A stretch of DNA of 63,992 nucleotides, filler included, from Stramenopiles sp. TOSAG23-6 (GCA_900128565.1; 5 parts of 5 records of this genome joined end to end with filler, not necessarily neighbours in it); one strand, 5' to 3'. Counted from the whole stretch's first letter, positions 1-14,198 are shown. Notes: a model not told the origin generated them from the letters alone. Numbers and translations are program-made.

Positions 1-335
1 CCACGCATCTTAACAATATAAAAATAATTGGAACACCCATATTCATGGGGTGTAAAAGATGTTCTACATTCTAAAATATCTCTGTACTACTGTCAAGAAA
101 GAAAAAATATGATTTAGATTATTTATGTGGATCAGCTGCAGCCTTATATTTTTGCTTCAAACACGAAATCAGGTATTTTTCTCGGGTCAGAAAATCCGAA
201 ACTGTGGAAAATTCTTTTGTATCTTTTTGACACACAGAGAGTAGGAACTAATCTACACGTAAATATCTTTTCCACTTTTGATAAGAATTGGCAGCCAAAC
301 ATCAACACATGTGTACATAATTGAAATATAGTATA

Positions 336-2370
336 ATGTCTTCCCCACGAAGCCGTAAAGTAAGTTATTTATCTTTTACGCAACAGAACTTCAGTTTTCT
401 TTCGTTTAAATTTACCTTATCATTTTGAACACAATTAGTCCCCTTCCTACTGTTTCTTACTCCGTATCCTTTATATATAAACAGTAACTCATATAAATCA
501 CATTTGACACACCATTAAAAAATATAGAATCGCAAAAAAACTATAAAGCCTGGGAAACGTCCTTGGACCCATCAGGTAAGTAGACACTACAAAGTTTTAA
601 ATATTTTCACTTCTAATTCTCCTACAGCAGCTAAAGTTTTTTTACTTGGAGAGTTGTCTCTGAAAATGTATACCAAAAGATCAGAAGTTGTACTTTTACA
701 CAAACTAACATGAATTAACATTATATACTCACATCAAATAGGAAAATTTAAAACTTCAATCGCTAGTTGATAGATATGGGCTGAAAAAGTGGTCACAAAT
801 AGCTTTTCATTTTGAAGACCGAGTGGGAAAACAATGTAGAGAGCGTTGGCATAACCACCTAAATCCAAATATCAGAAAGGAAGGATGGACTGCAGAAGAA
901 GATACAGTTATCTTTGAAACTCATCAGAAGTTGGGGAATCAATGGGCGCAGATTGCGAAACTTCTAAAGGGTCGCACAGACAACGCCATCAAAAACCGTT
1001 TTTACTCAATTATGCGTAGAATTCAGCGACAGGGTAGGGAAAAGAACTCAAAAGCCGGTCGATCACCCAGAGGAGGCAACAAAAAGAAGGAGCGTTTCCC
1101 TATTAAAATGGACAAAGAAAGTTTTGCTTTATTTCTGAAGAATACAAAACGAGATGCCCCTCGAAGTCCTCGATCTTCACGCCCGGCATTGAGTAAAGTT
1201 CATGGCCAATATCACACGCACGTACAGCAAAGAGATCTAGTACACAATGAACTTGATGACCGTAAAAGGAAAGCAGCAGCTTCAGCAGCTGCTTCCTTGA
1301 TGTATAATGCCTCTTGTGACTATGTTAGTGATGACGATAGTTCATTAATTGGTGGCACTCACTACCCTCATTCACCGAAGAGATCTCGGCGTTTTTCGTA
1401 TGACTCGCCCGGATCCCCACGTAGTAATCCATTGAACCGTCGTGGAAGTAAATTTGACAAGCTATTAAATTCTCCTCGAACTTCAGAATATTTCAGCCCC
1501 ATATTGCATCCAACCGGGCAACCTGGGCCATTTCTCGCTTCTAATACAAGCCGATATCAAGGGCAAGCTGAATTTGATAATTTTGGTGCACCTCTTCGCT
1601 CTCCTGCATTTCGTAGTACGCGAAGTCGGCCCCATCACTATTTAGATCCACACTCCTCTGCTTTTCAGAAGTATGCAGCTTTGCATGCAATGCCAGCTCT
1701 TTCAGGGAAAAAATCTTCAAATGAACCTGAAAGACGATATTCAAAGAGGAATAGAAGACTATCAACCAAAGCTTTGGCGCTAGCAATAGACACAAGTTCC
1801 TATGATTATGATGATACTGCTGAACAGAAAAGTGATGAAAACACATCAAGAAGATCTTCTTCGTGGCAAAATAATCCAAATGAATTATTTCATCCAGCTG
1901 TTAGTCCGATTCGACGAAGGAATTCCAGGAATTCCAGGAATTTGGATTATGCTGAAGAAATGAAAATAATAGGAGAATTGAATATTCCAGCACCAGAAGC
2001 TCTTGCAGATTCGACTTCGGCTGGATTACTATTTCCTGATGTTCCTGATGTGGATGAAATGAATGATATAAAGCCACCAGTACCACCTGGAAGAGACCGC
2101 ACAGTATCTGTATCTTCGCCGAAAAAAGCAAAGGAAGACATGCCATGGTGGGGACAACCATCAACACTTATTCGCAGAACAAGAGCAGGTCAAATCTCAC
2201 CAATGCCAGATCTAAACATCAATTTGTATGAAGATTCGCCCAAAGCTGTACAAGAAATCGATCCTTTTCTCCAACTAAATAAAAACGAATTTATTGAAGA
2301 GCCTTTGGAACTAAAACGTACAAAAAGTCGAGTTAAAAGAAAAAATAATTTGAAAAAAATCCAAGTATAA
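336..2370 (+). CDS. R2R3-type MYB transcription factor; exons 336-359, 528-575, 742-2370
   Basis: Spliced product has [71 protein letters not shown]. Two ordinary GTAAGT..AG introns (360-527, 576-741; the second has an ACTAAC branch motif). Confidence 0.9.
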
Positions 2371-2523
2371 TTATCAGATGTACTCCGTCTTAGCATATAG
2401 ATTAGGAGATAAGCACATTCCATATATTTAGAATATATTTGATAATGTATAATTTCATTGAATAAAAAAAATATCTTGTGAACATTAAAATGACCATGTA
2501 AAACTCTATTTCCATGTTGTTAG

Positions 2524-2850
2524 TTATTCCTCGTTTCGTACCAATGGCTTAGGTCTCGTTTTAAATATCGCCTTTTCTCTAATTATTCCAATTACATTGT
2601 ACCCAACTATATTTTCTCCATCTAGTTTTTTATGAAATATACCAAGAGGTCTATCTAGTTTTACGACTTTCCCTTCTAGCATATGTGCACCTATTGTTAA
2701 TACTGGACGGTCAAGCTTATTTTTGGATAGCTTTCCTAACGTTAAATTAGTCAAAGGGTCAGAATCACCTGAACGGGCATGTAAAGTTCCCTGTAACTCT
2801 ACCAACATCCACGGCCCCGTTATACCACATCTTATAGGGACGGTTTTCAT
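2524..2850 (-). CDS. CTF8: Chromosome transmission fidelity protein 8 (Ctf18-RFC subunit)
   Basis: 108 aa with WMLVELQG, LTIGAHMLEGKVVKL and C-terminal IREKAIFKTRPKP motifs typical of Ctf8. Confidence 0.85.
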   Translation of the reverse strand: MKTVPIRCGITGPWMLVELQGTLHARSGDSDPLTNLTLGKLSKNKLDRPVLTIGAHMLEGKVVKLDRPLGIFHKKLDGENIVGYNVIGIIREKAIFKTRPKPLVRNEE

Positions 2851-3159
2851 GATAGTAATAATACTAAAACGTATCGTGTGTCTCTTTTTAGATTTAGAGG
2901 CGATTTAGAGTGTGATGATCTGATGATTGATTGCTGCTCATCTCAAATCAAATCAAATCGAAATCAAATCGAAATAATCGACACGAAAAATATATAAAAC
3001 AGTTACTACGGTACGGTACTCGAAACTTCCACATTGGACACTAGTAGTACTACCTACTACAAGTATAAACTGTACCCGTGCAAATATGAGCAAATGAACG
3101 AAATATACATGATAATAGGACACAGCACGCTACATCCGTATATGAACAATTAGGTCAAT

Positions 3160-4629
3160 TTGTTGATAGCAAGTATGAGTTTGACAGTCGAGTTGAAGCT
3201 TAGAGTGTACAAAGAGCTATTTGTAACTCTAAAAATGACCGACGATGATGTGGTTGTAAGCACCAGCATAGTACAAGTCGAGGAAGAGAAATACTCAACT
3301 CCAACCACGAAAAATATCTCAAATAGCTCATTATTGAATAGTAAATATAACCATCCTAGTATTTCAGGGAGTAAACATGGATCAATGCAAACCTTGTTGG
3401 CGAAAGATACAGTTTCAAATCATGCAACACTGTTTGCTTTGACAAAAAATACTCCGGCAACTTCTACAAAAGACGATAAAAAAGTCGAGTTAAATTTCAG
3501 TGCACTACGGCAAGAATTGAAACTTAGAATATTGCAAAATAAGGCAATGACGGCAAATTTTGATATGCAACAGGAAAAAACAAAGGAAAAAAAGAAATAT
3601 AATGATTACCATTCTCACTCTTCTTCAAAAGCAAAATTTTGTGACAATGGTAAAATAAGTCCAAAAGCAAAATTTTGTGACAATGGTAAAATAAGTCGAT
3701 GTTTTGGTCGAATGGTTAAAAATAACTATATTCGAAATGTGCAAAGACTTTCATCGGTTTTACACAGTGAAGAAATAAACAAAAGATTGCACGGGAAACT
3801 TCTAGAATTGTTGAACTCTTTCAAAATAGCATGGAATACAATAAAGATGGCAGAGAAAATACAACCAATACAAAATGGCACTGACTCAAAAAAAATGCAA
3901 TCAAAAGAAAGTAAAACTGACTCAAAAGCAGAACGGTCAATTTTGTGTCATTCTGAGTCATCTCTGGTACGCGCTTGTACCAAAACTAAAATAAAAAACA
4001 AAAGGGGTATAAACAAAGATAACTTCATTCCATGTTATTCATTTGATGAGGAAGCTATTGCTCTAGGAAAAATTTTAGGTATCAAACGACGGGAAGCCAT
4101 CACTGAGCTCTTGCTAGCCCGTAAAAGTCAGTCTGCAAAACAGTTTGTTAAATATGCAAAAGATTTGGAACAGAAAAAGCTTCGAGTTTGGCTGTGGCTC
4201 TGTCGGAATAGATTTACTGATGATGAGAATCAAACTCATCAGAATGTTGGAGTAATCCAGGAAAGTAGTAATAATCAAAAACATACAAATAGTTTAAAAA
4301 GATCTCCTGAACCAGAACTACATCAACAATATTCAATATACAACACTGACACAGATAATTGGTTCCAAGGGCCGTTTTATTCTGGTCCTCATTGGCAGGC
4401 TGCAGAATTTTTTTCCGTATTTACGGAGGTTAATAGTATGGTTGAGCCGTGTACTTATAAAGATAACAAAGCAGTTAGATGTATAACGTGGAAAGGTCTT
4501 GGCAGGTATGATAATTGCAATTGGCCAGTTGTCCGAAGTTCACTAGCAAAAACAGCTTCACCAATTGATTTACTCATACATTCTGAAAAATTTCATAGAG
4601 TAAATAACGTGAATGTACCATGGCGATGA
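3160..4629 (+). CDS. Hypothetical protein (start uncertain)
   Basis: 489-codon ORF; short internal duplication KAKFCDNGKIS x2; no family recognised. Confidence 0.6.
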   Translation: MLIASMSLTVELKLRVYKELFVTLKMTDDDVVVSTSIVQVEEEKYSTPTTKNISNSSLLNSKYNHPSISGSKHGSMQTLLAKDTVSNHATLFALTKNTPATSTKDDKKVELNFSALRQELKLRILQNKAMTANFDMQQEKTKEKKKYNDYHSHSSSKAKFCDNGKISPKAKFCDNGKISRCFGRMVKNNYIRNVQRLSSVLHSEEINKRLHGKLLELLNSFKIAWNTIKMAEKIQPIQNGTDSKKMQSKESKTDSKAERSILCHSESSLVRACTKTKIKNKRGINKDNFIPCYSFDEEAIALGKILGIKRREAITELLLARKSQSAKQFVKYAKDLEQKKLRVWLWLCRNRFTDDENQTHQNVGVIQESSNNQKHTNSLKRSPEPELHQQYSIYNTDTDNWFQGPFYSGPHWQAAEFFSVFTEVNSMVEPCTYKDNKAVRCITWKGLGRYDNCNWPVVRSSLAKTASPIDLLIHSEKFHRVNNVNVPWR

Positions 4630-4816
4630 TTTTGATAATAAACAAAACATAATAAAATCAAAATTGTTCGCGGTGGATTTATGACAGGCGTTTTGTAATA
4701 ATAAATAAAATACAACACTTGTAAATTTTATACATTTGATTTAATATGGGCTATTGGTCATCTATACATACGTTATTTAGCAATTTGCGTCACACTATCA
4801 CTACCAAACGACATTA

Positions 4817-7800
4817 TCAAAGAATAAGGTGTTTTTCATCGGGAGAGTCTACACTGTTTGAAGAACCCTCTTTCTTGCGCTTCTCTTGTACCACTTTATT
4901 ACCAATGCTATTTTTAGATGATGGTGCATTGATCTCTCTAGTTCTAATGATACGAGTTAATAAAGAAGGTGCCTTCGTAAGCACAACATGTTTATAGTGT
5001 TCGCCCAACATAGTGAATAAATGAGGCCACAAAATTGGCTTCGGAAAATCTCCACGGTGATAATTTTTTGCTTTCATTTCCAGAGGCGCGTCGTCTAAAT
5101 TTATAATCCAACCACGACAGCTTAATTTTATGCTAAATTGTCCAATTCGAACGTAGCTGAAACGAATTTTCTTACCGTGATCACTCGATTCATTTTCTAT
5201 TTCGGCTTTTCTCTTTGGTCGTCTACTCTGATTGATGGTACGAGTGTTGCGTAGAGACTTATGCACGGGTGTTGAACTATGTAAAAGCACCATTTCGTCA
5301 TTTTGTGTCTGATTCTTAGAAATTTCGTCGAGTGAATGATGTCCTCCAACTGTGTTAAAGCAAATTTTAGATGTATCAGAAGATCTAGATGCCTTGTTAA
5401 TATTGACACTAGGACGGCGATGAAACGTATCAATGTATGGTGCAAAATGTTTTGGTGTTCCCACGCTCTCTGACCAACGCTTATCATTTATCGTATTCAA
5501 TTCTGTATTTGACACTGTTGGATTTTGTTTATTCAAACGTTCTCTTGCCTTTGGACTGAATACAATGCCTGGATTAGAATGAAAATTTAAACTATTTCGA
5601 ACTCCTGTGAAGACTTTTAACTCGTCAACTTTTGGATTAGTCACAAGTAAATCGCGACGATTGGGATTAAAATTTCCACCTTCAAGTGTGTTTACATCAC
5701 TATCCATTGAATAAAGTTTCTTTTTCGCTTTACTTTTCTTTTTCCCACTCCAAGGCCACCATTTTTTCTTATTTTTTTTCTTGTGCTTTCCAGTTGAAAG
5801 CAAACCAAGTCTATGACCAACTGGGTCACCACCAGCTGCATAACCATACTTACGAGTGCTACCTAAACCCAAAGGGTCGGTGCTAAGTCCTTTTGACATA
5901 TTCGTATTGTTTTCAACACCTAAGATATCGACAGAGTATGAAGAGCCGAAAGCACTATCGCCCTGATTACTATTAAATCTTCGATGTGACCCAACCAAAT
6001 TAAGTTCCATATCATCTTGTCGTCTTCCATCTTCTACATAAAGCGCAGGAAAAAAATACAACCAAATTTCATCCATCAGTTCCTTAGTAAGTTGGATTGT
6101 AAGAGGTGGTGGGTTTTCTCGCATTGGAAAGGCTGAAATCTCTAAATGGTCAACATCCTCATTTGCCGCTACTTCTACACGAACAACAAGCATATGATTC
6201 ATCATTTTTCTTTTATCATCCAAGTGCATGGTCATCCTTCCAGGAACAAAACGTATATCATTAGTTGAACGTTGTTGTATTCCCTTTAATTTTGTGTTTT
6301 GTTGTGTTGTTGCTTTTTCAATAGTTTTCGTTCGAAACTGTAAATAAGAACTTGCGTTGCTCATCATTGAAGTGACTTTTTTTAAACCAGTTACTTTCTC
6401 GGGAATAGAGAGATCGTCGCCCCAACCAAGAACAAGCGATGGATTTGCAAATTCTTTAGATTGTGCGCTTGTGTTTGCTTGAGGATTCGTGACATCTAAT
6501 GACATCATACTCCCCTCCGATTTACTGGAACTGTCTCTAAAAAAACGAACTGTAGTTATTGCATCTTTAATCTCCATTGTGAGGAAACTTTGTTTAGTTG
6601 TCAATGACAACAAACTCCAATGTATTTCACCGACCCAAACTCGATATGTCATTGATCTTGGATTATTCCCATTTTCATCCACATCTTTTTTTGGTGATTC
6701 ATTCAAAGAATTGTTTTTACTAGGAGAATTCGTATGTACAGACTTCACTAAAGTAGTTTCCGCATCTTTTACATTTTGAACAGAGAAACCAGAGAATGTA
6801 ATTTCATCACTTTTTTTCTTTTTTTTAGAACTTTCTGAGTTTTTTGAAATTGCGATACAATCAGCATCACTATCCCTAAATCCATCCATATAAAAAAGCC
6901 CAAGTTTACGCAAAAGTAAATTATGATATTTTGGTTCTGGGTGGGAGCAACGCTTAAGAGCAGGATTATATTCGACCAAATGAGTCTCATTTGATAATAC
7001 CATGATACCGCTACGACGAGACCAAGCAGATGTCACTAATGATAAAGGGCATTCTAATGGAGGTGCTCTCAAATTATGAGGATTTGTAGCTCCCTTGGCC
7101 CAACCACATCGGACAAATTCTTTCCCTTTAAACAAATATAAATCTGTGGCATCGCCAGAGGCAGCGTCAACGCCTTCGAAGAATCTCTCACACAACATAC
7201 CTTCCCAAACTTCGCATTCACTGATACAACAAACTCGTTGACCAAGACCATCTGGAAATACTCGTAATATCAATTCTCCACAAAAAATGAATAATTCTAG
7301 ATTTGGAGATTGAACAATAGCGTTAATGTCCGAAATTTCCATACCAGCTTCATGAATAGCAAGAAGTGGAGGCCAGTCATTTTTACTGATAACGGTAAAA
7401 GTCTCACCCTGTGCATCATAGCAAACAACACGACCTAAATTCTTTTTCTCTATAATGTTAATGGACTGAGCATTTCTACGTTTAAACGTCCTTGTTTTCT
7501 TAATATCCGAACCTGTTGGAGTTTCAATAGTTTTTGTTTCATTTGATGAAACGACTGTCAAGTCATTGGCTTTATCAGATTTAAGAGACGTAGAATCATT
7601 GTCTGGTACAACTTTCAACTGTTCATTGGGGTTTTCATTATTCAAATCCTTCTTGTACACTTTATTATCTTTTTCATACAATCTAAGCTGTTTTTCTAAT
7701 TCTTTGAGAAATTTCGAATCTTTATCAATTTCAGATTCAGTAAATTCTTTTAATAAACGAACCTTCAAAAAACCAGACTCTTCAGCACGGCTTGTTTTAC

Positions 7801-10800
7801 GAACGTTGGCGTATTCAAGAGCTATTTCCCGTGCACGTAAACAAACGTCACTAAGTCCCCAATAACTATTCTCCAAAAATGCAAAATTGCGCTTTTTCTT
7901 AAGCTTCTGTGTATCGTCTTTACATTCTTCAGATCTATATTCCAAATCATGATCAGTGTGATATCCTGGATGAAGTTTTATAAATATATACATTGCCGAT
8001 TCTCCTTGAAGATCTTTTGCATACACTGCGCAACTAATTTCTGGAATTTCTAAATCTCTTTCAACAGAAGCAATTGATTCAAATCTTTGACGTTGCTTCT
8101 CTCTTTCAATCATATCTGATTTTGCTAATTGACGTTGACGTGTTGCATCATTTTGTTGGGGAGGGGCTAATATAATGTTAGTAATGATACTTGTAGTGTG
8201 CATAAACTGTTTACTATCCACTGCAAGAGTAATTGATGGAAGATCAATACAGATAGCTGCAGATCCTCTACTAGATGGCGGTGACCAGAATCGATAAGAG
8301 ACGGAAATCTCAAAGTCATTCATGACCTGATCCAACAAAAGAGGTGCTACAAACTGATGAGTCATTCCCTTTGACTTTGAATTCGGAGATGATGGGCCAG
8401 TTTTAAGCCAGTGAACCCTCTTATCTGGATCAATATCAGCAGGGACAACATAAGCATCAACTTTAAATAATCCTCCACGAATTTCTTTTTGCAACGGAAT
8501 AATTCCTTCAATTTCATCTTCGACACCATCATTACCTTCGTCACTATCTGCATCGTCATCAGGTCGGTAGTGCGCAGCGGGGTCTAAACTTTGTGATGAA
8601 GTAAAATCTTTGTGAAAACGAACGGAAGATCTCCTTTTACTAGAGTCAATTTGACGTAATTCTTGTTTGGTACCAAGTGTTCTTCCTTCGCAGCGAGCTG
8701 AAGCTGCGGCAAGAACCATAAGTGAATTAGAAGACTTACATCGAAAATGAACTTGAGTGTTATCCAACCGTACCACGAAATTTCTAGGGGCCTTTTCCCA
8801 TCGGATATCGCCTGATGTTTTTTTTTTATCAACTGTAAGTGGAGGGGATTGTCCAAAATCGACAGATGATTTGATACCACTAGTACGATATGAAAAAGTT
8901 CGTTTGCGAGTGTTTTCATTTGATATATCCCCCCCACCACTAAGTTTGCGTGTATATAATAGACGACGCATTGCGGGGCCTAAATACTCGGTTCCGTCTG
9001 GAGCAATCGAGACACTTCTCATACTTGTTCTTGATCCTACAGATTTCATTCGTTGATGTGACGGAGAAGGCGTTTGAGTTTTATAAATATCATACATGTT
9101 GCTGTTCTCTTCTTCACTATACTCGTCTGCAACAACATTATCAACTTGATCTTCGTAGAATTTATCCTCTCCATGCTCCTCATCCTCGTCGTCAATTGAT
9201 ATAGAAGGAAACGCTGTTGTTGCCACATCCGGTATCACAGATTTAGTATCTAGTTTATTAAAAACTGATTTTACTAGAGCTGGAGTTTCCCAGTTGTCTA
9301 TATTTAGATCCTTAACCAATTCTTTTCTAGCGAATGACGAATGTCGGCGTACAAACTCCGGGGAAAATTCCAACTGCATATCGGCAATCATTTTATCAGA
9401 ATAACGTCGATCTTTGTCCAACTCCGCTTCGTGCTTCCACCTCCAGGTGTGAACCCATTCCTGGACTTCAGCTGCTTCCCGTATCTNNNNNNNNNNNNNN
9501 NNNNNNNNNNNNNNNTTGATCATTCTGCCTTTCTTCGCGCCTTGCTTCAACCTCACAGTCAAACTGAAATTGTCGGATTGAATTAATTAAGAGAGCCAAC
9601 TGATCGCGTACCTCCAATTCGTATAACAAACGCAAATGAGAGACAGTAAATATAATCAAATCCGCATTAGAATTTGTATTTGCAAGAGTTTCCTTATCAT
9701 ACATTTTGAATGTCGGATCATTATTACTAAAAAAAGTTTTTTTTTCTGATTTCGGCGTGCGAAGACTCTCCACCAAACTGCATTTAATACAACTTACCCA
9801 TTGTTCTTTAATAGAAATTGTATCTGATTTCAGTTGAAGTACACGCTTCTCTGTATCATAAGGATGATATAATTCAAATGACAAATTATTTTCAGAGTCA
9901 TTTCTCAATTCATAACCTGATACATCTAAAGATCCTTTTGATTCAGTTTCGGTATCATTAATGTACCAACTAAGTATGTCATTAGAGTCCAAAACACACC
10001 AACGATATTTCCATCGAGAACCGATAAGACCGACACCTTTCTTAAAAAGCCAACCCTTTTTAACAACACGAGCTTTCTGAGGATTATACTCATCGCGTTC
10101 TGGCGACATGGCCCAATCTGGGACAATAAAAGAAATATTAGAAAGTCCAGATTGCAGAGATACAGCTGAATGCAACGATGCATTTACTTCCAAAGGGGCT
10201 AACAACTCAATATTAGAGCCACTTTCTTTCGAATGAATCCATTCTAGATCATTTCTTAATTCATCTTCATGGCCGTGATCTGGACAACAATGCTTATCTT
10301 CGTGATTTGCAGCACGTTTTAGCAAATCTTGCATTGATTTAGAAGATAATAAACCACATGGGGCATTTCGGCTTCGTCGATCACTAATATGCCCAAGTTT
10401 TGCTTTCCTTTCAATCTTGTTAAGATTTTGGGAAGTCATTAGATTTTCTACATTCTTTTTATCAGAATCTTCAGAGCATAAATGGGCTTCTTTAGAAGGA
10501 ATATCAGATGCAGCTTTGTACATAAAATGAAGTCCGTCGATCCCAAGTGCTTCATCAGCACACCCTTCAAATCGACCCCGAACATTCACAAGATTTGAAG
10601 TGAGGTCTCCGAGGACCCAAAGAGGTTCCAAATTTGCAGGAAAAAAATTTCGCTTTTCAAAATTTAGATACGTAAACTTAATTCCCCAAGTATCTATATC
10701 AATACCTACTTGTTCATTGTCAGTATCTGTGAGACGCCATAATAACCTAGGTTGACGCACCGTTAGATCGAAATAAAATTTAGAAATTAACTGACCAATT

Positions 10801-12938
10801 TTAACAATTTTGCGATCCTTCCAAGGTATCGATATTTCGTCAAACTTAACATACCAACGGCCAATCCAAGGCATCCATTGCCAGCAAAGATCTGCACTTC
10901 CATTACACGTAGCTTTGAGTGACATCTCGCATCGCATTGTTCTATACCGTTCCCAAACGTCAAAGGGAGCATCACCCAAATCAAATCTATTCTCTTTTGC
11001 ATTATCGCCATTGTCAGGTTCACTAAAGGTGCTTCCATTTGAAATAATTCCAAATTTCTGTACATTATAATGTATCCAATGTTCACGCGATTCATTTATG
11101 AGCATACCATCCGAACCAGAAGCACATAAATAGGAAATATCAAATTTAAGTTTAATAGATGTCAACTGTACGATAGTAAAACCATCACAACCGCTGGGAG
11201 TATTTCCAAGTAGCTCCGGAGAGAAACCAGAGGGTGCCACAGTCAGCCGCAATTTACTTGCTTGGCAACTAATTGCAGCACCTCGTGCAACATATCCTTT
11301 AACATCATCTCCGTGCAAACATAGACCTTGAGGATCCACAGAGGGGTCTCCATATAAAAAATGATAGCGAAAATCACCAAACTCAAATAAAATATGGCCA
11401 TGGAACATATAACGTATTTTATCCCACGGTCTTACTTTCGGTGAAGGATCACGAGAAATTGGAAGAAGTCGATCAACACATTCTGATAGAGCATCAAGCG
11501 GTGTATCTAAAGCAATTCCTGCGAGAAGACCAAAACTAGAGACTTTTAAACGACAGGAATGAAATATTTTCGGCGAGGCAAATGATACCAATACACGAAC
11601 ATTTCGTGCACCTGAAGCACCGCTTTCTACCAATCCATATAATGGGAAATCAATATATTTAGAATGCATACCTAAAGGAAATACAACAGGTTGTATATCT
11701 GCTAAAATGATAGTTCCTTCTATTGCTAATTTTCTTATTTCTATAAAAGGCAACGAAAAATCCAGAATGTTCATATCAAATTGTTCTGCAAATAAAGTCA
11801 TTTCACCACCTTCCAAAAGGCTAAAGTTTTCTACAGCAGGAGTTTCACTCGCTTCATCTAAATTCTCTATCATATTATGTAAAGATATTTTGGAATGCCG
11901 GACATCTTTTATAAGTGTAATCGCTATTTTTTTAACATTTACATCCATCAAGGGAGGTCCATGAACTTCTGGGCCTTCAAAAACAACTTTCAATGTGTCA
12001 CACTCAAGCTTAGAACAGAGACATACTTCGATCTTTCTTTTTTTTTTACGAGGAATGTTCTGTTTCAGAACCTTTTTCAGAGCTTTGTATACCAAAATTG
12101 CGTCTTGCAATACCGGGCTTATATTGCCATCACGGGCCAGTAAAATTGTTAAATTATCTAATTTTCCATTTGCAAATACTCTTCGAATTTTTTCATTATG
12201 ATTGTGCCTAGATGTTAGAGGAGAAAATTTTCTAACTCCAAAACTAGCACTATCGATATACAAAGGAGGTTTTTTCGAAGACTGAGAGCTGGCTCGAACA
12301 TCAACAGTCTCAATCTTCAAACTGGCGCTGGCATATTCATAGTCATCATTAGCTACATCTCCAGTAACCATATCTTCATACTTTACACTATTAAATGACG
12401 CCCAAGATTCTTCTTCAGAAATTAGTGACGACGGGGGAACAATGTATGCGGAAATTGTTTTAATACTAATACCTACTCCAGTTTTTCCTGTTAAAGCAGC
12501 ATCCACAACAATTGCAACTACTTCCAAAGAGAGATTGACGGGAAATTTCATTTTTGTTTCAACAATATTCCTTTGATTTACATATGTATGCGTCTCATCA
12601 TTTACGCTTTTGCTTTCTAGAGAACTATTCAGTTTAGAAGGAGAAACATCTTTCATTTTTTGTCGAAGATCCATTGTAGCAATCGCAACAGCACGGCTAC
12701 CTGATACCCAAGCAAGAAAAGGTCCTGGTTGGAAAATAACTTCTACACCAGACACGGAAATGGAAACAGATGGAGTCTTATCACTATCATTTTCATCGAC
12801 AGAATCAACACACGAGCTATCATCAGCTATTATAGAATTTGCATCAGTCCCACCAGGACTACTCATAGAAGGTGATAAGATAGGAGCATTTTCTATAATA
12901 CTACGAACATGTCTCTCTGCTTGAGCTTTTACTTGTGC
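4817..12938 (-). CDS. BLTP2: Bridge-like lipid transfer protein, Fmp27/Hobbit/KIAA0100/SABRE family, with an internal PH domain; 5'-truncated
   Basis: DPSPKVRPWDKIRYMFHG (Fmp27 GFWDK-like motif); C-terminal YVRIGQFSIKLSCRG..KNYHRG (Apt1-like); PH motif KKGWLFKKG..WKYRWCVL..KEQWVSCI. The two ORFs meet at the N gap 9487-9515. Confidence 0.8.
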
Positions 12939-12992
12939 ATGTATTTTGGAAAAATATTTCAAAAAAAAAACTAAAATTTGTTAGGTACAAAA
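12939..12992 (-). mobile_element. Introner-family intron, 3' part only (ends ..CCAAAATACAT)
   Basis: TTTTGTACCTAAC branch motif and family 3' end; the scaffold ends inside it. Confidence 0.75.
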
Positions 12993-13092
12993 NNNNNNNN
13001 NNNNNNNNNNNNNNNNNNNNNNNNNNNNNNNNNNNNTTAATTAATTAANNNNNNNNNNNNNNNNNNNNNNNNNNNNNNNNNNNNNNNNNNNN
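12993..13092. other. Artificial scaffold linker (N44-TTAATTAATTAA-N44)
   Basis: The same 100-nt six-frame-stop linker recurs at 26074-26173, 39152-39251 and 52195-52294. Confidence 0.97.
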
Positions 13093-13139
<47 letters not shown>

Positions 13140-13143
13140 ATAC

Positions 13144-14198
13144 ATTCCGGAGTCCAATTTTTTTTCTGCATGTAGAGCAATACATTGATCAACAAAAGCA
13201 CGACCGACAACACAGTCCGTCTTCATTTCCGCAAGCTTATGACTGACTGTTTGAAGATCAGATAAAACACCTTTAAATGCTTTGCGATCGTTGGTGTATT
13301 CTCTAGACCATTCAAAGACAGCCTCTGCGGCAGCAACACCCATATCAGCAATGAGTAATCTTTCTTGAGGAAGTTCTGTCATGACACAATAAAATCCTTT
13401 ATTAACTTCTCCTAACAACGCACTGGAAGGGACTCGGAGATCCTCAAAAAACAATTCTGAAGTATCTTGAGCTTTTAAACCCATTTTATCTAGTTTCTTT
13501 CCCTTGGTAAAGCCTTTCATCCCATCTTCAATCAAAAACAACGACACACCATGAGCACCCTTAGAAGGATCCGTTTTAGCACAGACAATCACCAAATCAC
13601 ACATCCAACCATTTGTTATAAATACTTTCGAACCATTAAGAATCCAATCATCACCATCCTGAACGGCTGTAGTCTTAATATTTGCAAAATCAGAACCTGC
13701 AGATGGTTCAGTCATTCCAAGAGCTCCAATCCACTCACCGGACACTAACTTGGGGAGTATCCGCTGCTTTTGTTCTTCAGTACCATAATTAGTGATATAT
13801 GGCGCGACAATATCAGAATGCATTGCAAATCCAGGTCCAGTACAACCACTGTATGATTGTTCCTCCCAAACAATGGCAGGGAACTTACAATCAACACCAA
13901 TACCGCCGTATTTCTCTGGAACCATGGTAGCTAACAATCCATTTTCACCAGCTTTCGTCCAAAGTTCTCGAGGTACTTGTCCATCTTTTTCCCATTCACT
14001 ATGGAAAGGAACAACTTCATTCTCGAAAAAACTACGTGTCATTTCACGAAACATATCGTGATCAGAATCAAAAATATCACGTGTTCCAATGTCGGTGAGT
14101 TTTGAAGCCTGAGCAGGATTTGGACGGCTCATGGAAGAAAAAGAAGACCGAAAAGTGCGCGATGCACCTTGATGTAGCAATTTAACATTACGAAGCAT
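13144..14198 (-). CDS. ACADL: Long-chain acyl-CoA dehydrogenase, mitochondrial (3'-truncated at an intron and the scaffold end)
   Basis: GALGMTEPSAGSD, WILNGSKVFITNG, KMGLKAQDTSELFF and ELPQERL motifs; N-terminal presequence. Confidence 0.9.

Noticed and set aside
9468-9562. Programmed frameshift between the two BLTP2 ORFs
   Set aside because: The frame change coincides with an N gap of estimated length.
13037-13048. TTAATTAATTAA palindromes as biological sites
   Set aside because: They always sit in the centre of a 100-nt N block separating scaffolds of decreasing length; this is an artificial linker.
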